Below are positions 21,401 through 29,412 of a stretch of DNA of 60,325 nt, one piece after another (positions within the stretch are counted from its first letter, which is position 1; the number at the start of each line of letters is the position of its first letter). Source of the DNA: an uncultured Candidatus Saccharibacteria bacterium (GTDB lineage Bacteria > Patescibacteriota > CPR2 > UBA1875 > CAIMLA01). The translations under genes were made by a program, and so were the position numbers. Location: positions 1 to 60,325 of the forward strand of contig CAZXMN010000003.1 of the NCBI GenBank assembly GCA_964641375.1, written 5' to 3'. The notes beneath the pieces are model-generated. The model searched no databases and was not told the origin of the DNA. It saw only the letters and a list, made by a program, of their open reading frames with translations.

Positions 21401-22753
21401 CTCTCGAATGCAGTTACTGCAGAAACATCAAATTTACCAACACTTACTACTACTGGCTTCAACATCACCCCGGGCACAGTCACAACTACTACATCAACAG
21501 CAGAGATCAATTGGACCACAAACCTTGATGCTTCATCTGCCTTTATTGAGTATCAGCTGCAAACTCAGCCAGGTGATGATCCTCAGGGTGGTACTTCTGG
21601 AGTTGATCCGAGTGTCTTAGCCTTAAATCCTCAGAAGCATCAGGTTGTCATCAAAGGTCTTCGTTCTAATAGAACCTATACCTACAAAATTAAATCAATC
21701 TCAATGGATGGCTATCTAGCCGAGAATCCAATTGGTTCATTCTCAAATTTCAAGACCAGAAACTTCGACTCAGCCCAGTTCTCGCTGGCTCCAGCCTCTT
21801 CGAATGTCGCCGATCGTAACATTACCTCAACCACGGCTCAAATTATCTGGCAAACAGCCACTGAGACTACCTCTTGGGTTGATTATGGTACAGTTTCTGG
21901 TGTCTATGGTATCTCCTCTGGCGATGACAATCTGACCACAACTCATCTAGTCACACTAGAAGGCTTGGTCCCTGGTACTACCTATTACTATCACGTCCGC
22001 GTGAAGGACGCTAATGAAGTCGAATTTACTTCACAAGAATATTCATTCACCGCTGTCATCAAACCAAAGATTTCTAACCTTCAGGTTAAGAATGTGACTC
22101 CATATTCCATCACCATTGCTTGGGATACTAATGTTGATACTGAAACTGTCCTAAATTGGGGTAAAACAGCTAGTTATGGCACGAAAGAAGGTACTTCTGA
22201 TGTCTCTCAAGTCCACCAAGTAACCGTCGATAATCTCGACGACAATACTGAATATCACTATCAGATTGTGGCTCATGATGCGGTCGGGAACGAAGTTGTC
22301 GGCAGTGACGGTATTGTGAGAACTCCACTTGATACCGAAGGGCCGAAAGTTACTAACGTCAAACTGGATGTCCTTCCTATGGGTGAAAGTGACACGACAG
22401 CCTCTATTATCGTCTCCTGGCAGACTAACAAACCTTCAACTACTTTAGTCCAATATGACGAAGGTGTAGTTGGTGGAACTTATAGCAAGAGTTCTGTACT
22501 CGATACCACTTTAAACAACTCCCATACCGTTATTATTAAAGATCTTGCTCCTGCCAGCTCATATCATTATCGTCTAGTTTCAGCAGACAAACGTAACAAC
22601 ACTACGACGACCCAAGATTACACCTTCGTAACTCCAACAAAGGAACAATCTATTCTTCAGTTGATTCTGAAGTCATTTGAGGATACCTTCGCCTGGACCG
22701 GTAACATGAATCAATTCTTCGGCAATGTTGGCAAGAGGCTAACAGGGAAATAA
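12419..22753 (+). CDS. Giant (3444 aa) surface protein: N-terminal TM/signal, 21 RCC1-like repeats, Ig-like and FN3/PAP-N-like repeats
   Basis: GTG start after gaggg; hydrophobic segment ending NKAYA; repeats GAVFAWGxNxxGQLGDNTTTQRNTPVQVLGVGGTGNLTGITAIAAG; HTLYYYxKDxAGNAE-type Ig repeats; five (I/V)xWxT...Y/WG repeats at the C-terminus. Confidence 0.92.
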   Translation: MKRRHVNTKRRMGTVGGLSLNGFLNVLKNGLKTVKKNYVQVNLAWLSAGYFFHLWIRMLHDKTYEKVPVYKKYSDAPISSTVHKTVMWAFVASFTFFTLFQYVLPNIFPANKAYASSNTKTWTTNADFANNKSSICGALTSDGNVTVNPSYNDPSCAQNESDGSATLSFGYQKLTGITKIAVSAVSSDVVALRGSDGAVFTWGDNTYGQLGDNTTTSRNTPVQVLGVGGSGNLTSITAIASGSSYSLALRSSDGAVFAWGLNSSGQLGDNTTTQRNTPVQVLGVGGSGNLTGITAIAAGDHTVALRGSDGAVFDWGTNGSGQLGDNTTTQRNTPVQVLGVGGTGNLTGITAIASGSSFSLAARGSDGAVFAWGTNSSGQLGDNTTTQRNTPVQVLGVGGSGNLTGITAVAAGYSHAVGLRGSDGAVFAWGYNNVGQLGDNTSIQRKTPVQVLGVGGTGNLTGITAIAAGYYHTVALRGSDGAVFDWGNNAYGSLGDNTSSQRNTPIQVLGVGGTGNLTGITSIAAGDYQTAVVRGSDKTVFAWGYNNVGQLGINSSDSNSHATPVQTVAPASIGTLTGITKISAKYQHVLAIRGSDGAVFAWGLNGQGQLGDGTTTARNYPVQVRYGLGYLTGITEISAGGSNSGYSSTDFGSSFAIRGSDGAVFSWGNMSGTYVPVQVAGVGGNGYLTGITKIVSSGFHTLAIRGSDGAVFAWGQNTYGQLGDNTTTQRSTPVQVLGVGGTGNLTGITSIDCSAYDPSVYYYASSYAVRGSDGAVFAWGYNGSGQLGDNTTIQRNTPVQVLGVGGTGNLFGMTTVSSNATSALVLRGSDGALFGWGTNSSGQLGDNTTTQRNTPVQVLGVGGTGNLTGIAAVSAGWGHTVALRGSDGAVFAWGSNYQGQLGDNTTTQRNTPVQVLGVGGTGNLTGMTMIQGGSFYSLALRNSDGAVFAWGYNNYGQLGVDTASQINTPVHTSTRSLSIDNNTYQYSGSVDGYIIDTGAGSKAYWNTVSWNATTPTNTSVKFNVRTSDNGTSWSSWSSDLVTPGGSAITASQSRYLDIQYTLSSDGTATSTLNDFSLNYNSVEAPINTNTTIYKSDGSTPLKSSAGSILSAGAAGGYTNESSVKIKTTSLSCSGCGTFTNPYTQVEYKPVGIAFTGTTNLINGAVDSGNQSTATITGLSSGTSYHFQMRTLDAQGRQSGWTSYGTTPEDVNEADITVDTTKPTVVVTINGGAQFTPQNATINVVAADAGGSNLGKLYFSNDGSNWTDVTPASGFTGQSSYSGNVPWTLTGGDGTKSVYTKIADNAGNTNADNKTWTTNADFSYNKASICGSIINNGNAAVSPSYTDPTCAANTADGTVTLTFGPQNLTGITAISAEWSHTIAVRGSDGAVFAWGSNGSGQLGDNTTTQRNIPVQVLGVGGTGYLTGITAVSAGGSYSLALRGSDGAVFSWGDNGWSQLGNNSVGGSTRTPAQVVGVGGSGYLTGITSISAGSEHSLALRGSDGAIFAWGRNAAGQLGDNTTTQRNAPVQVVGVGGSGFLTGNSMVSSGFDPNGNGYDYSLSVRSSDGAVFAWGYNGYGELGDNTTTQRNAPVQVKGLGGIGNLVGIAAVATGSSHSIALRSSDSAVFAWGNNNYGQLGDNTVTQRNVPIQVLGVGGSGNLVGITAISAGKDGSSLALRGSDGALFDWGYNGYGQLGINSSDSNSHAVPIQVLGVGGSGNLTGMTTITSGGDYSVARRSSDGAVFAWGYNSYGNLGDNTTSQRNVPVQTISVPVIYNTLGTISGYKLDAGVGAKQKWGNISWNSVALPAGTSIKFQARTSDDGVIWSDPSWGNTGATQSTTGSTTGSLDNSSLVGSRYFDVQVTLATTNNLVTPTLNDFTLGSTYGYASAIIDSSPPNDISTILGYSQSGGTALTSNNWYGYNVNGSKPFFSWTAPSDNGLAGVYGYCVYWGTAGITDPGTGCTTANAQTATNFSNNQTLVSGSTYYLNVKAIDNAGNASSTSAQFIYKYDNVAPTTTLNVSPSTPSGDNSWYKIGKPVVSFSAADSGSKTNKIYYRFDTDAAPYTQLSNTNGDDPYIQTLDASNLPEGTHTLYWYADDVSGNAETHHSQQFKIDVQAPTTGYAISPTSPNGDNGWYVTNAPVITLAPTDPNSGNNSGVASTYYQWDSNSGTWSTYTSTLTVSQGAHTLYYYTKDTAGNAEGQQQQTINFNAFVPNAPSGFRAPASDPNTDSTHIQLYWNSVSGTAPTVAYQTRRILATGTWGVNEVVVNHGSSDISYLDSTGLQPGLRYKYEIRTQDNSGLWGSWSDPIDGLTTDSLSPTPVVGVLTTACDGTTGNIPTTSVPVCSNTANKGFEIALTWTPSNDYGVGMSRYLIYRSTTNSIDPADWQIVGTLDATSVLTNPVYYDNDTNNDATFGTDKPVATDRLNDSTTYFYRVTALDLSPTGNPTGLIPLNPFDNLNTATTPDITAPTVPTNVVASPMGLDSSGSHQRIHLTWTASIDYKARSEEVVPGTITYKIFEATTEGGSYTQVATTTSLTTDLNGKDEFTDYYYQINASDASPAHNESAHSTDAHVHTASNSVPTTPTEVNVTAATGNPNTDSSVGHQITVTFFGSLAKNCDKLANVRCLTKYEVYRSTTNYADDASWTANATKIAEVAPTKIDDDRKKNDADQPHSVTDTGQTFPATSGTGLTDATTYYYKVMAIDNTPVTPDGGPFHSPMSTIAYPGSLHIGWDNTPDATAPALPSNVIIHDIHGDGVSYLRNIISWSRIPDPNRNGINDFKEYRIYRSVDGLFWQQICTKGLESSGCSVNDPNPLYNVDQNMAMGNNYYIDPISSDPQIANQMYYYYVTSADNASTTYKYPTPNGNLVVNAVTNESKPPRDSNNKITNAVSLNPATTQPSICDIGTDPCTVTAGGQKADLTNIGVATATINWTTDQPADSMVEFRKAGTDDAYKQIGDGDSSRNLGMVTSHSVDLFGLQPSTSYQYIIVSRNFLSNAVTAETSNLPTLTTTGFNITPGTVTTTTSTAEINWTTNLDASSAFIEYQLQTQPGDDPQGGTSGVDPSVLALNPQKHQVVIKGLRSNRTYTYKIKSISMDGYLAENPIGSFSNFKTRNFDSAQFSLAPASSNVADRNITSTTAQIIWQTATETTSWVDYGTVSGVYGISSGDDNLTTTHLVTLEGLVPGTTYYYHVRVKDANEVEFTSQEYSFTAVIKPKISNLQVKNVTPYSITIAWDTNVDTETVLNWGKTASYGTKEGTSDVSQVHQVTVDNLDDNTEYHYQIVAHDAVGNEVVGSDGIVRTPLDTEGPKVTNVKLDVLPMGESDTTASIIVSWQTNKPSTTLVQYDEGVVGGTYSKSSVLDTTLNNSHTVIIKDLAPASSYHYRLVSADKRNNTTTTQDYTFVTPTKEQSILQLILKSFEDTFAWTGNMNQFFGNVGKRLTGK
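12938..15335 (+). repeat. RCC1 repeat block 1: 14 units of about 57 aa
   Basis: 14 xxxFxWG units counted in the translation; 171-nt period between units at 14942 and 15113. Confidence 0.9.
16517..17722 (+). repeat. RCC1 repeat block 2: 7 units
   Basis: 7 xxxFxWG units counted in the translation. Confidence 0.9.
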
Positions 22754-22777
22754 AAACCCCGCCGACTGGCGAGATAT

Positions 22778-23224
22778 TTATAATTCGTTGTTTCTGAATT
22801 CTATGAGAAGCTGACCTGGACCTTGGATTTTGAATCCTTTCGATTCGTCTATATTGAAGCTAGAAATTATTCTATCAGCAAATAGTTTCTCTATTTCCGT
22901 AAGTTTTGTTGTCCGGAAAGCGACGTGTTCAACAAAACAATCAAACTGAAGGAAGACCTGGCCGGGATGAGGTTCGATGAGTTCCATTTTGTCCTCTTTG
23001 CCATAGCCGAGATAAAACTTGCCGAGCCTTCTGTTGTGGAAGTGGATTTCTCCCTCAAATTTAGCTCTGACGATGAAGTAACCTTTTAAATCCCAATACT
23101 CATCTGAGCTGAGAGTTTGTAAGCCAAAATGATCGAAAGTAAGTTCATCGGCCATCTCGTAATCGGCTAAATATTTGCGAGCAGCGAGTTCATTATTCTT
23201 GATTTCTTGCTTAGTAATCTTCAT
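22778..23224 (-). CDS. Hypothetical protein, possibly VOC/YecM-like fold
   Basis: Abuts the ychF stop; FHNRRLGKF...MELIEP...VEHVAF pattern resembles YecM/VOC proteins. Confidence 0.5.
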   Translation of the reverse strand: MKITKQEIKNNELAARKYLADYEMADELTFDHFGLQTLSSDEYWDLKGYFIVRAKFEGEIHFHNRRLGKFYLGYGKEDKMELIEPHPGQVFLQFDCFVEHVAFRTTKLTEIEKLFADRIISSFNIDESKGFKIQGPGQLLIEFRNNEL

Positions 23225-24297
23225 TAAACATTAAACTTAAATATCATTACATCGCCATTATTCACAACATAATCTCGGCCTTCAAGGCGAACCTTGCCGG
23301 CAGACTTGGCGCCTATCCAGCCTTTGTATTCTATAAGGTCTTTATAGTTCACTACTTCGGCTTTGATAAAACCTCGTTCAAAATCACCATGAATAACGCC
23401 GGCAGCTTGCGGTGCAGTCCAGCCCTTTTTAATTGTCCAGGCTTTGATTTCTTTTTCACCGGCCGTGAAATATGTTTGTAATCCGAGTAGTGCGAAGCCC
23501 TTTTTTACTAACGAATCAAGTCCGGTTTCGTTTTGACCGAGCTCTTTTAGGTACTCTCTTTTTTCATTGTCACTAAGTTCATTGAGTTCAGCTTCGACTT
23601 TTGCGGAAATAATAACGGTTTCATCAGGTTTCAGGTGATATTTGGTAACATCTAATGATTTTAAGTGTTCTTCGTCCCCATTCAAGATATAGATGTGAGG
23701 CTTGGCAGTCAGCAGATTTAAATCTCTGATGCATTCGGTTTCTTTTTCGTTAAGGATTTGGTCTCTGACTGGCATGCCAGAATCAAGCTCTGTCGCAATT
23801 TTATTAATTATACCTAAGACTGTTTTTGCCTTTGGGTCGGACTTAGCTTCCTTTTCGAGTTTTTGAGCTCTACGCTGTACTGTTTCTAGGTCGGCTAGAA
23901 TTAGCTCTGTTTTTATGGTTTCGATATCCGAGATTGGATTGATTTCGCCAGCAACATGTAAGACATTCTTGTCATTAAAAACGCGAACTACTTCGGCAAT
24001 TGCGTCACAACTTCTGATATTGGATAGAAATTTGTTGCCAAGTCCTTCACCAGTGCTAGCACCTTTGACTATACCGGCAATATCGATAAATTCAACGACA
24101 GCAGGTACTAATTGCTTAGTTGGTATTACTTGAGCCAATTCTGTGAGTCTATTATCAGGCACACCAACAATGCCAACATTTGGGTCGATCGTGCAGAATG
24201 GATAGTTCTGTGCCTCGACTTCATTTTTGGTTATAGCGTTGAATAGTGTCGATTTACCAACATTAGGCAAGCCAACGATACCGACAGATAGTCCCAT
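23224..24297 (-). CDS. ychF: Redox-regulated ATPase YchF
   Basis: GIVGLPNVGKST, NYPFCTI, DIAGIVKGAS, GLGNKFL, C-terminal TGS (AGVIHGDF); start moved to 24297. Confidence 0.97.
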   Translation of the reverse strand: MGLSVGIVGLPNVGKSTLFNAITKNEVEAQNYPFCTIDPNVGIVGVPDNRLTELAQVIPTKQLVPAVVEFIDIAGIVKGASTGEGLGNKFLSNIRSCDAIAEVVRVFNDKNVLHVAGEINPISDIETIKTELILADLETVQRRAQKLEKEAKSDPKAKTVLGIINKIATELDSGMPVRDQILNEKETECIRDLNLLTAKPHIYILNGDEEHLKSLDVTKYHLKPDETVIISAKVEAELNELSDNEKREYLKELGQNETGLDSLVKKGFALLGLQTYFTAGEKEIKAWTIKKGWTAPQAAGVIHGDFERGFIKAEVVNYKDLIEYKGWIGAKSAGKVRLEGRDYVVNNGDVMIFKFNV

Positions 24298-24392
24298 ATA
24301 TCTCCTTTTGAGCCACAACATACTAGCATAAAAAACTTGTTGATACCAGGAAAAGTTGTATAATTAAGTTAGTTAAAAAAACGGAGGGTTTT

Positions 24393-26981
24393 ATGACTAA
24401 AGAGAATCCCGCTGCAAAAGCGTTAGGGTTTTTGAATAAGCACTCGAAAAATATTCTAATCGGTCTAGCTTTCCTCGGCATCGTGATATTAATTGCTAGT
24501 GGGGGACTTTGGTACTACTACAAGGTTATGAACAAGGACATTGTTGCTCGAGTTGGTAATGATGTAATTACGACAACCGAATACGCGAGCCAAAAAACTC
24601 TGTGTACTGCTGGGCAAAATTTTGCTGGCAGCAAACCTGATCAAACCGCGGTTGGCTCGACTTCTTGTGACGACAAGGCACTCGAAGATTTGATTTATCT
24701 GAAGTCACTTCGTGCAGATGCGGAAAAATATGGTATTAATGTTGATTCAAAAGTGCAATCTGATTACCAGGATACAGTTGCGACATATAAAGATGAAGCC
24801 ACCATGCTTGCTGCTTTCCAGCAGAATCTAGCTGAGTCTAAAAATGATATTTTGAATGCATTCGAAGTGAGGGAACTTGAAGACGCATTATCTGACAAAC
24901 TTATCAAAAAGGTGCATGTAGTTGGTACTTTTGTCCGAGATGATGCCTGGGGTGATACAAATATTGATCAGGAAAAACAAGACGCCCTAGATCTTGTAAA
25001 AAAGTATTATGAAGAACCAATGAAGAATGGGACTTCAATCGCAGATTTAGAGACAATCGCTGATACTCTACGTCGAGAAAATCCGAAATATGATAATGAA
25101 TCGAAAACACTTACCGGCATAAATAATATGCTCGATTCACTAAACGATGGTAATATCAGCGAGTGGTTTAATGAGGGCAATACGACAGACTGGGATGCGA
25201 TAAAGAAGCTAAGTAAAGTTGGTGATGTTACTCCTGTCTTTGTCTCGCCCGATGGAGAGGCAGTTATGTGGAGGCTCGTTGGTGTGAACTCGGGCACTTA
25301 CAATAGCTGGACTGATTATAGAAATGCAGTTGTTTCAAAATCAACAACTTATCTAGTCAGTTACAATGTCAAACGTGCCGGCGCTTATGCATTGGCACTT
25401 CTAGCCCCATTAAAAGCATTCGCATCTTGTTCTGGTCATAACGCAAAGATGACACTAGAACATATCTATTATACTGGCACTACCACGACTGTGGGTAACA
25501 CAAACGTGAAAGATTCCTTCTCTGCTACTTCAGATGACTACACTTTGGGCTGTTCGTCCTCCATCAAATCCGGTACTAATGACCCGATAAGTTCCAATCT
25601 TGATATAGGAAATGATTCTACTTACCTCAATTGTGGTACGATGTGGAATCTAACATATGAATCAAAGAACGGTACCTTCTTTCCATTAGAGTATTTTAAA
25701 CGATCATTCATTACGAATGGCTCAAATGTCAGAGCTGATAATCATCTTGTTGACTGTTGGAATAATGGCACGAGTAACTGTGCTGCTTATGCTAGGAGAT
25801 TCTTTGGTGCGGGAAGTTCGGACTATTACACAATTAATAACGACACGAATGAGGAAAGTGATAATGACGGCATTATTGTAGTAGATGAGAATTTTCCTCC
25901 GACTGTGAGTTATGTTACGCCCGTTGCGGATGTTCCCTTTGTCACGGCCTCGATAGGTGGAAATGCCACTATAGGACGTTTAACTGTGAAAACAGCTGAT
26001 ACCAACTCTGGAGATTCGAATAGTGTAAAGATTGAATATCGAAAGACCAAAGATGCGTCAGGAAACGTCATTGCGAACCCAACCTGGGTGAATTTCGGTT
26101 GTGCTACGAGTTCTTCACCGGACGGAGTGAATCTAAGTAGCGCTATTACTCCTACAGATTGTGTTGCTGCAGCTAATGATAGAAAGGCTAATAATTCAGG
26201 TTGGTATCATTCTACGGCTGGTGATCAAGCACAAGACTTTTTTGCTCAAGGAACTACGGTTTCACAGGGTAGCGCATCGTTTTCTTTACCGGCTGGAACC
26301 TATGAGTGGGCCGCACAAGCCGAAGACGACTCCAATACATTTGGACCCTGGATCACCGGGAGACTATTCACTGTTAAAGATCCAAGCCCTGTCCTTGGTG
26401 TTACGCTGACTGCTACCCCAAACAGTGGTATCACAACGTTTAGTTCAACCCTGCTTGCTACAGTTACCGGTACTGCTACAGGCACGATTCAATATCAATT
26501 TGATTGTGATGGCAATAATACCTGGGATTTTACTAATACGTCAACAACAAACACAAATAGTGTTAGTTGTGCTTATCCTACTGCTGGGTTTTTCACCGCC
26601 AAGGTACTAGTGACTCGCCCATTCCCTGGAACCAATACGGCGACAAATACAGCCTTGGTTACTGCGACCGCTCCGCCCGCAACTTGCACAATTAATGCGA
26701 CCCCAAGTAACGGGCTTAGCCCCCTAGTTGTAAAGGTGACAGTAATTCCGACAGGCAACCTTGACCCGAACTCGTATACATATAATATGGGTAATGGTGA
26801 AGCGGCACTATCGGGCAGAGGTACTGTTCTTTACTACACCTACTCCACGGCAGGCACCTATAAGATTACTGTAGCAAACGGTTCATCGAATGTGACAACC
26901 TGCAGTGCTAGTGCTACTGGTAGTGATCAGGTAACAGTTGGAGATACGACTAGTGGTACTGGTAACGAAGTATCACCATAA
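24393..26981 (+). CDS. Membrane-anchored SurA-N/parvulin-like foldase fused to a Cys-containing passenger and two PKD-like domains
   Basis: TM helix, IVARVGNDVIT...LEDLIY...AEKYGI (SurA_N-like); internal ALALLAPLKAFA segment; C-terminal ATPNSG...YQFDCDG...YPTAG and ATPSNGLSPL...YNMGNG...YSTAGTY PKD-like units. Confidence 0.65.
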   Translation: MTKENPAAKALGFLNKHSKNILIGLAFLGIVILIASGGLWYYYKVMNKDIVARVGNDVITTTEYASQKTLCTAGQNFAGSKPDQTAVGSTSCDDKALEDLIYLKSLRADAEKYGINVDSKVQSDYQDTVATYKDEATMLAAFQQNLAESKNDILNAFEVRELEDALSDKLIKKVHVVGTFVRDDAWGDTNIDQEKQDALDLVKKYYEEPMKNGTSIADLETIADTLRRENPKYDNESKTLTGINNMLDSLNDGNISEWFNEGNTTDWDAIKKLSKVGDVTPVFVSPDGEAVMWRLVGVNSGTYNSWTDYRNAVVSKSTTYLVSYNVKRAGAYALALLAPLKAFASCSGHNAKMTLEHIYYTGTTTTVGNTNVKDSFSATSDDYTLGCSSSIKSGTNDPISSNLDIGNDSTYLNCGTMWNLTYESKNGTFFPLEYFKRSFITNGSNVRADNHLVDCWNNGTSNCAAYARRFFGAGSSDYYTINNDTNEESDNDGIIVVDENFPPTVSYVTPVADVPFVTASIGGNATIGRLTVKTADTNSGDSNSVKIEYRKTKDASGNVIANPTWVNFGCATSSSPDGVNLSSAITPTDCVAAANDRKANNSGWYHSTAGDQAQDFFAQGTTVSQGSASFSLPAGTYEWAAQAEDDSNTFGPWITGRLFTVKDPSPVLGVTLTATPNSGITTFSSTLLATVTGTATGTIQYQFDCDGNNTWDFTNTSTTNTNSVSCAYPTAGFFTAKVLVTRPFPGTNTATNTALVTATAPPATCTINATPSNGLSPLVVKVTVIPTGNLDPNSYTYNMGNGEAALSGRGTVLYYTYSTAGTYKITVANGSSNVTTCSASATGSDQVTVGDTTSGTGNEVSP

Positions 26982-26995
26982 GATTGAAAGGATAA

Positions 26996-28027
26996 ATGGG
27001 AATATTCACAGACGATAATGACTTTGTTGGGATAGAGATCAGTAGTACAGCTATCAAGCTGGTACAGCTGCGTAAGGTTAATGGTGCTTATAATCTGACT
27101 GCCTTTGGTACAGCACAACTGCCACCAAATCTATCTCAGAGTGATAGTAAGCTTGATATGCAGAAAGTTGCTAATGTCCTAGCACAACTCGTGAAATCTT
27201 CACGTGTCATGACTAAGAACGTTGCAACAGCGCTACCTGGTTCTGCTGTTTTCTCTACAGTTATCAAGATGCCGCCAATGAACCAGACTGAGCTAGCTCA
27301 AGCCGTGAAGTATCAAGCGGAACAAAACATTCCACTAAAGATTGAGGATGTACGCATTGATTGGCAAGTAATCCGTGAGAATCCAAATACCAAGGAGACA
27401 GCCGTCATGGTTGTTAGTGCTCCAAATCAGAAAGTAAGCAGGGTTATGGAAATGTTTGGGATGGCAGAGATGGAAGTTGTTTATCTCGAAACTTCCCCAA
27501 TCGCTGTAGCTAGAGCTTTAGCAAACCCAAGCGATCCATTAGTTATGATTGTTGATTTTGGTTCGGCTGGCACCGAGCTTTCTGTTGTTGAAAACGGCGT
27601 TGTTTCGCACGTCCGCAGTCTGCCAGCTGGTGGAGCGGCTCTAACTCGTGCAATTGCTCAGAATCTAGGACTTGACGATGCTCAGGCAGAACAATTCAAA
27701 CGTAAATTTGGACTTTCTCAGGATAAGCTTGAAGGACAAGTATCGAAGGCGATGCACCCAATTATTTCGAACATTACAGCTGAGATACAGCGTTCAATCA
27801 AATTCTATAGTGAACAATACGGCGGCAATGTCCAAAAGATTGTACTCACTGGTGGTGGGGCCAAGATGCCAGAGATGATTAGTTACTTGAAATCACTTTT
27901 AGGTATTGAAGTCGTTTATGGTAATCCTTGGACCAAAGTAAAATATCAGCCTGACGTTGAAAACCAGCTTTCGCAGCTAGCTTTTGAGTTTGCGGAAGTT
28001 ATTGGCCTAGCAATGAGGGAGAACTAA
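26996..28027 (+). CDS. pilM: Type IV pilus assembly protein PilM
   Basis: VGIEISSTAIKLVQL, IVDFGS, VLTGGGAKM; actin-like fold. Confidence 0.93.
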   Translation: MGIFTDDNDFVGIEISSTAIKLVQLRKVNGAYNLTAFGTAQLPPNLSQSDSKLDMQKVANVLAQLVKSSRVMTKNVATALPGSAVFSTVIKMPPMNQTELAQAVKYQAEQNIPLKIEDVRIDWQVIRENPNTKETAVMVVSAPNQKVSRVMEMFGMAEMEVVYLETSPIAVARALANPSDPLVMIVDFGSAGTELSVVENGVVSHVRSLPAGGAALTRAIAQNLGLDDAQAEQFKRKFGLSQDKLEGQVSKAMHPIISNITAEIQRSIKFYSEQYGGNVQKIVLTGGGAKMPEMISYLKSLLGIEVVYGNPWTKVKYQPDVENQLSQLAFEFAEVIGLAMREN

Positions 28028-28582
28028 ATGCAGAAGATAAATCTAATTCCTGAAGTCAAACAGCGGCAGATCAAGACCAGAAAGAATAATCTTGTGGCTA
28101 CCACAGTTGCTGTTGTTACTGCTATTATACTTGGAGCCGTTATTCTGGTACTTGTGAGTTATATTGTTGCTAGAAAAGCACAGGTTGCGAGCGTGAATTC
28201 ACAAGAAACTACTTTGAATCAACAGCTCAAAGCGTACTCTGACCTTGAGAAAACCGTTACGTCACTCGAGACAGGACTTGCGGATATCAAAACCATCACG
28301 AGTGCTAATCCAACTTGGCTGAATATCTTTGAGGAAATTGAAAAATCAACGCCAGCCGATACGAGGTTTAAGAGTATGAAAATAGCAACTGACAATTCTG
28401 TTTCAGCGGAAGTTGAAGGTAAGGATGTGACCTCAATTGATAGATTTATTAAGTCATTTAGTGGTGCTCAGACAGATAAAAAATTGAATGCTTTTACCGG
28501 ACTTGAAGTTAATGGCTATACTTCAGACAGCGGTACAGTCTCCTTTGCAGTTAAATTTACGATAAATAAGGACGCTTTCTAA
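28028..28582 (+). CDS. pilN: Type IV pilus assembly protein PilN
   Basis: INLIP motif, TM, coiled coil; follows pilM. Confidence 0.85.
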   Translation: MQKINLIPEVKQRQIKTRKNNLVATTVAVVTAIILGAVILVLVSYIVARKAQVASVNSQETTLNQQLKAYSDLEKTVTSLETGLADIKTITSANPTWLNIFEEIEKSTPADTRFKSMKIATDNSVSAEVEGKDVTSIDRFIKSFSGAQTDKKLNAFTGLEVNGYTSDSGTVSFAVKFTINKDAF

Positions 28583-29154
28583 TGGATTATGCAGAATTGA
28601 TAAAGAAAAAGAATAATTATTCAATTTTACTAATTGCGGGGACTATTGTAATCGGTTTATTAATCATTGGTCTCGTGGTCTATCCTTTGTACAATTCCGC
28701 TGCCTCGGCAACAAAAGAAGCCAATCAAAAATCGACAGAGCTCACAGATCTCAAAAATAAAAAGAATGTATTGGATGGTTTGAAGGACAAAGAGACAGAA
28801 TTACAAAAAAGCGCAGCTTTGGTTTCCTCTGCTTTGCCAGAGGGTAAGGATGTTGGTAGCTTATTCATCCAAGTAAACGCTTTGGCGACACAGAACAATG
28901 GAGAGGTACATTCAATTATGGGTTCTGGCCCAGCAAATGCGTCGACTCAGACAGTTGCAACAGGTTTTAATGGCATCCAAAAATATACTTACAGTGTACC
29001 GGTAGCTTTTAATAATTACATTTCCTTGAAAAGCTTTATTCAAAACTCAAAGTCGGCACTTAGACTGTTAAATATTGATGATATCTCCATCTCAGCTACA
29101 GACACGGGTAGTTTAGATGTCAACTTGGACATAACAACGTATGCGAGGAATTAG
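28582..29154 (+). CDS. pilO: Type IV pilus assembly protein PilO
   Basis: TM, coiled coil, ALPEGKD...RLLNIDDI; synteny. Confidence 0.82.
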   Translation: MDYAELIKKKNNYSILLIAGTIVIGLLIIGLVVYPLYNSAASATKEANQKSTELTDLKNKKNVLDGLKDKETELQKSAALVSSALPEGKDVGSLFIQVNALATQNNGEVHSIMGSGPANASTQTVATGFNGIQKYTYSVPVAFNNYISLKSFIQNSKSALRLLNIDDISISATDTGSLDVNLDITTYARN

Positions 29155-29412
29155 ATGAAGAAAAAAGATATTGTTACTCTTGCTGTATGTGCTGTATTCA
29201 TTATTGGGGCCTTCGTCGTTATCTACTTTATGCTTTTTCCACCTACCCCAAAGGCTACAGTTACAAATACAAATTCTACTGTAGGTCAGCAGACTACGAT
29301 AAGTGGTAATCTGGACCAAACCACACTGAATAGAATCAACGATCTGAAAAACTATGTCTCAACAAATCTTGATAATATAGGTAGAACCGATCCATTCGGG
29401 CCTCTGAATTAG
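29155..29412 (+). CDS. Small single-TM protein in the PilP position
   Basis: TM and C-terminal GRTDPF, resembling the RDPF motif of PilP-like proteins. Confidence 0.6.
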   Translation: MKKKDIVTLAVCAVFIIGAFVVIYFMLFPPTPKATVTNTNSTVGQQTTISGNLDQTTLNRINDLKNYVSTNLDNIGRTDPFGPLN

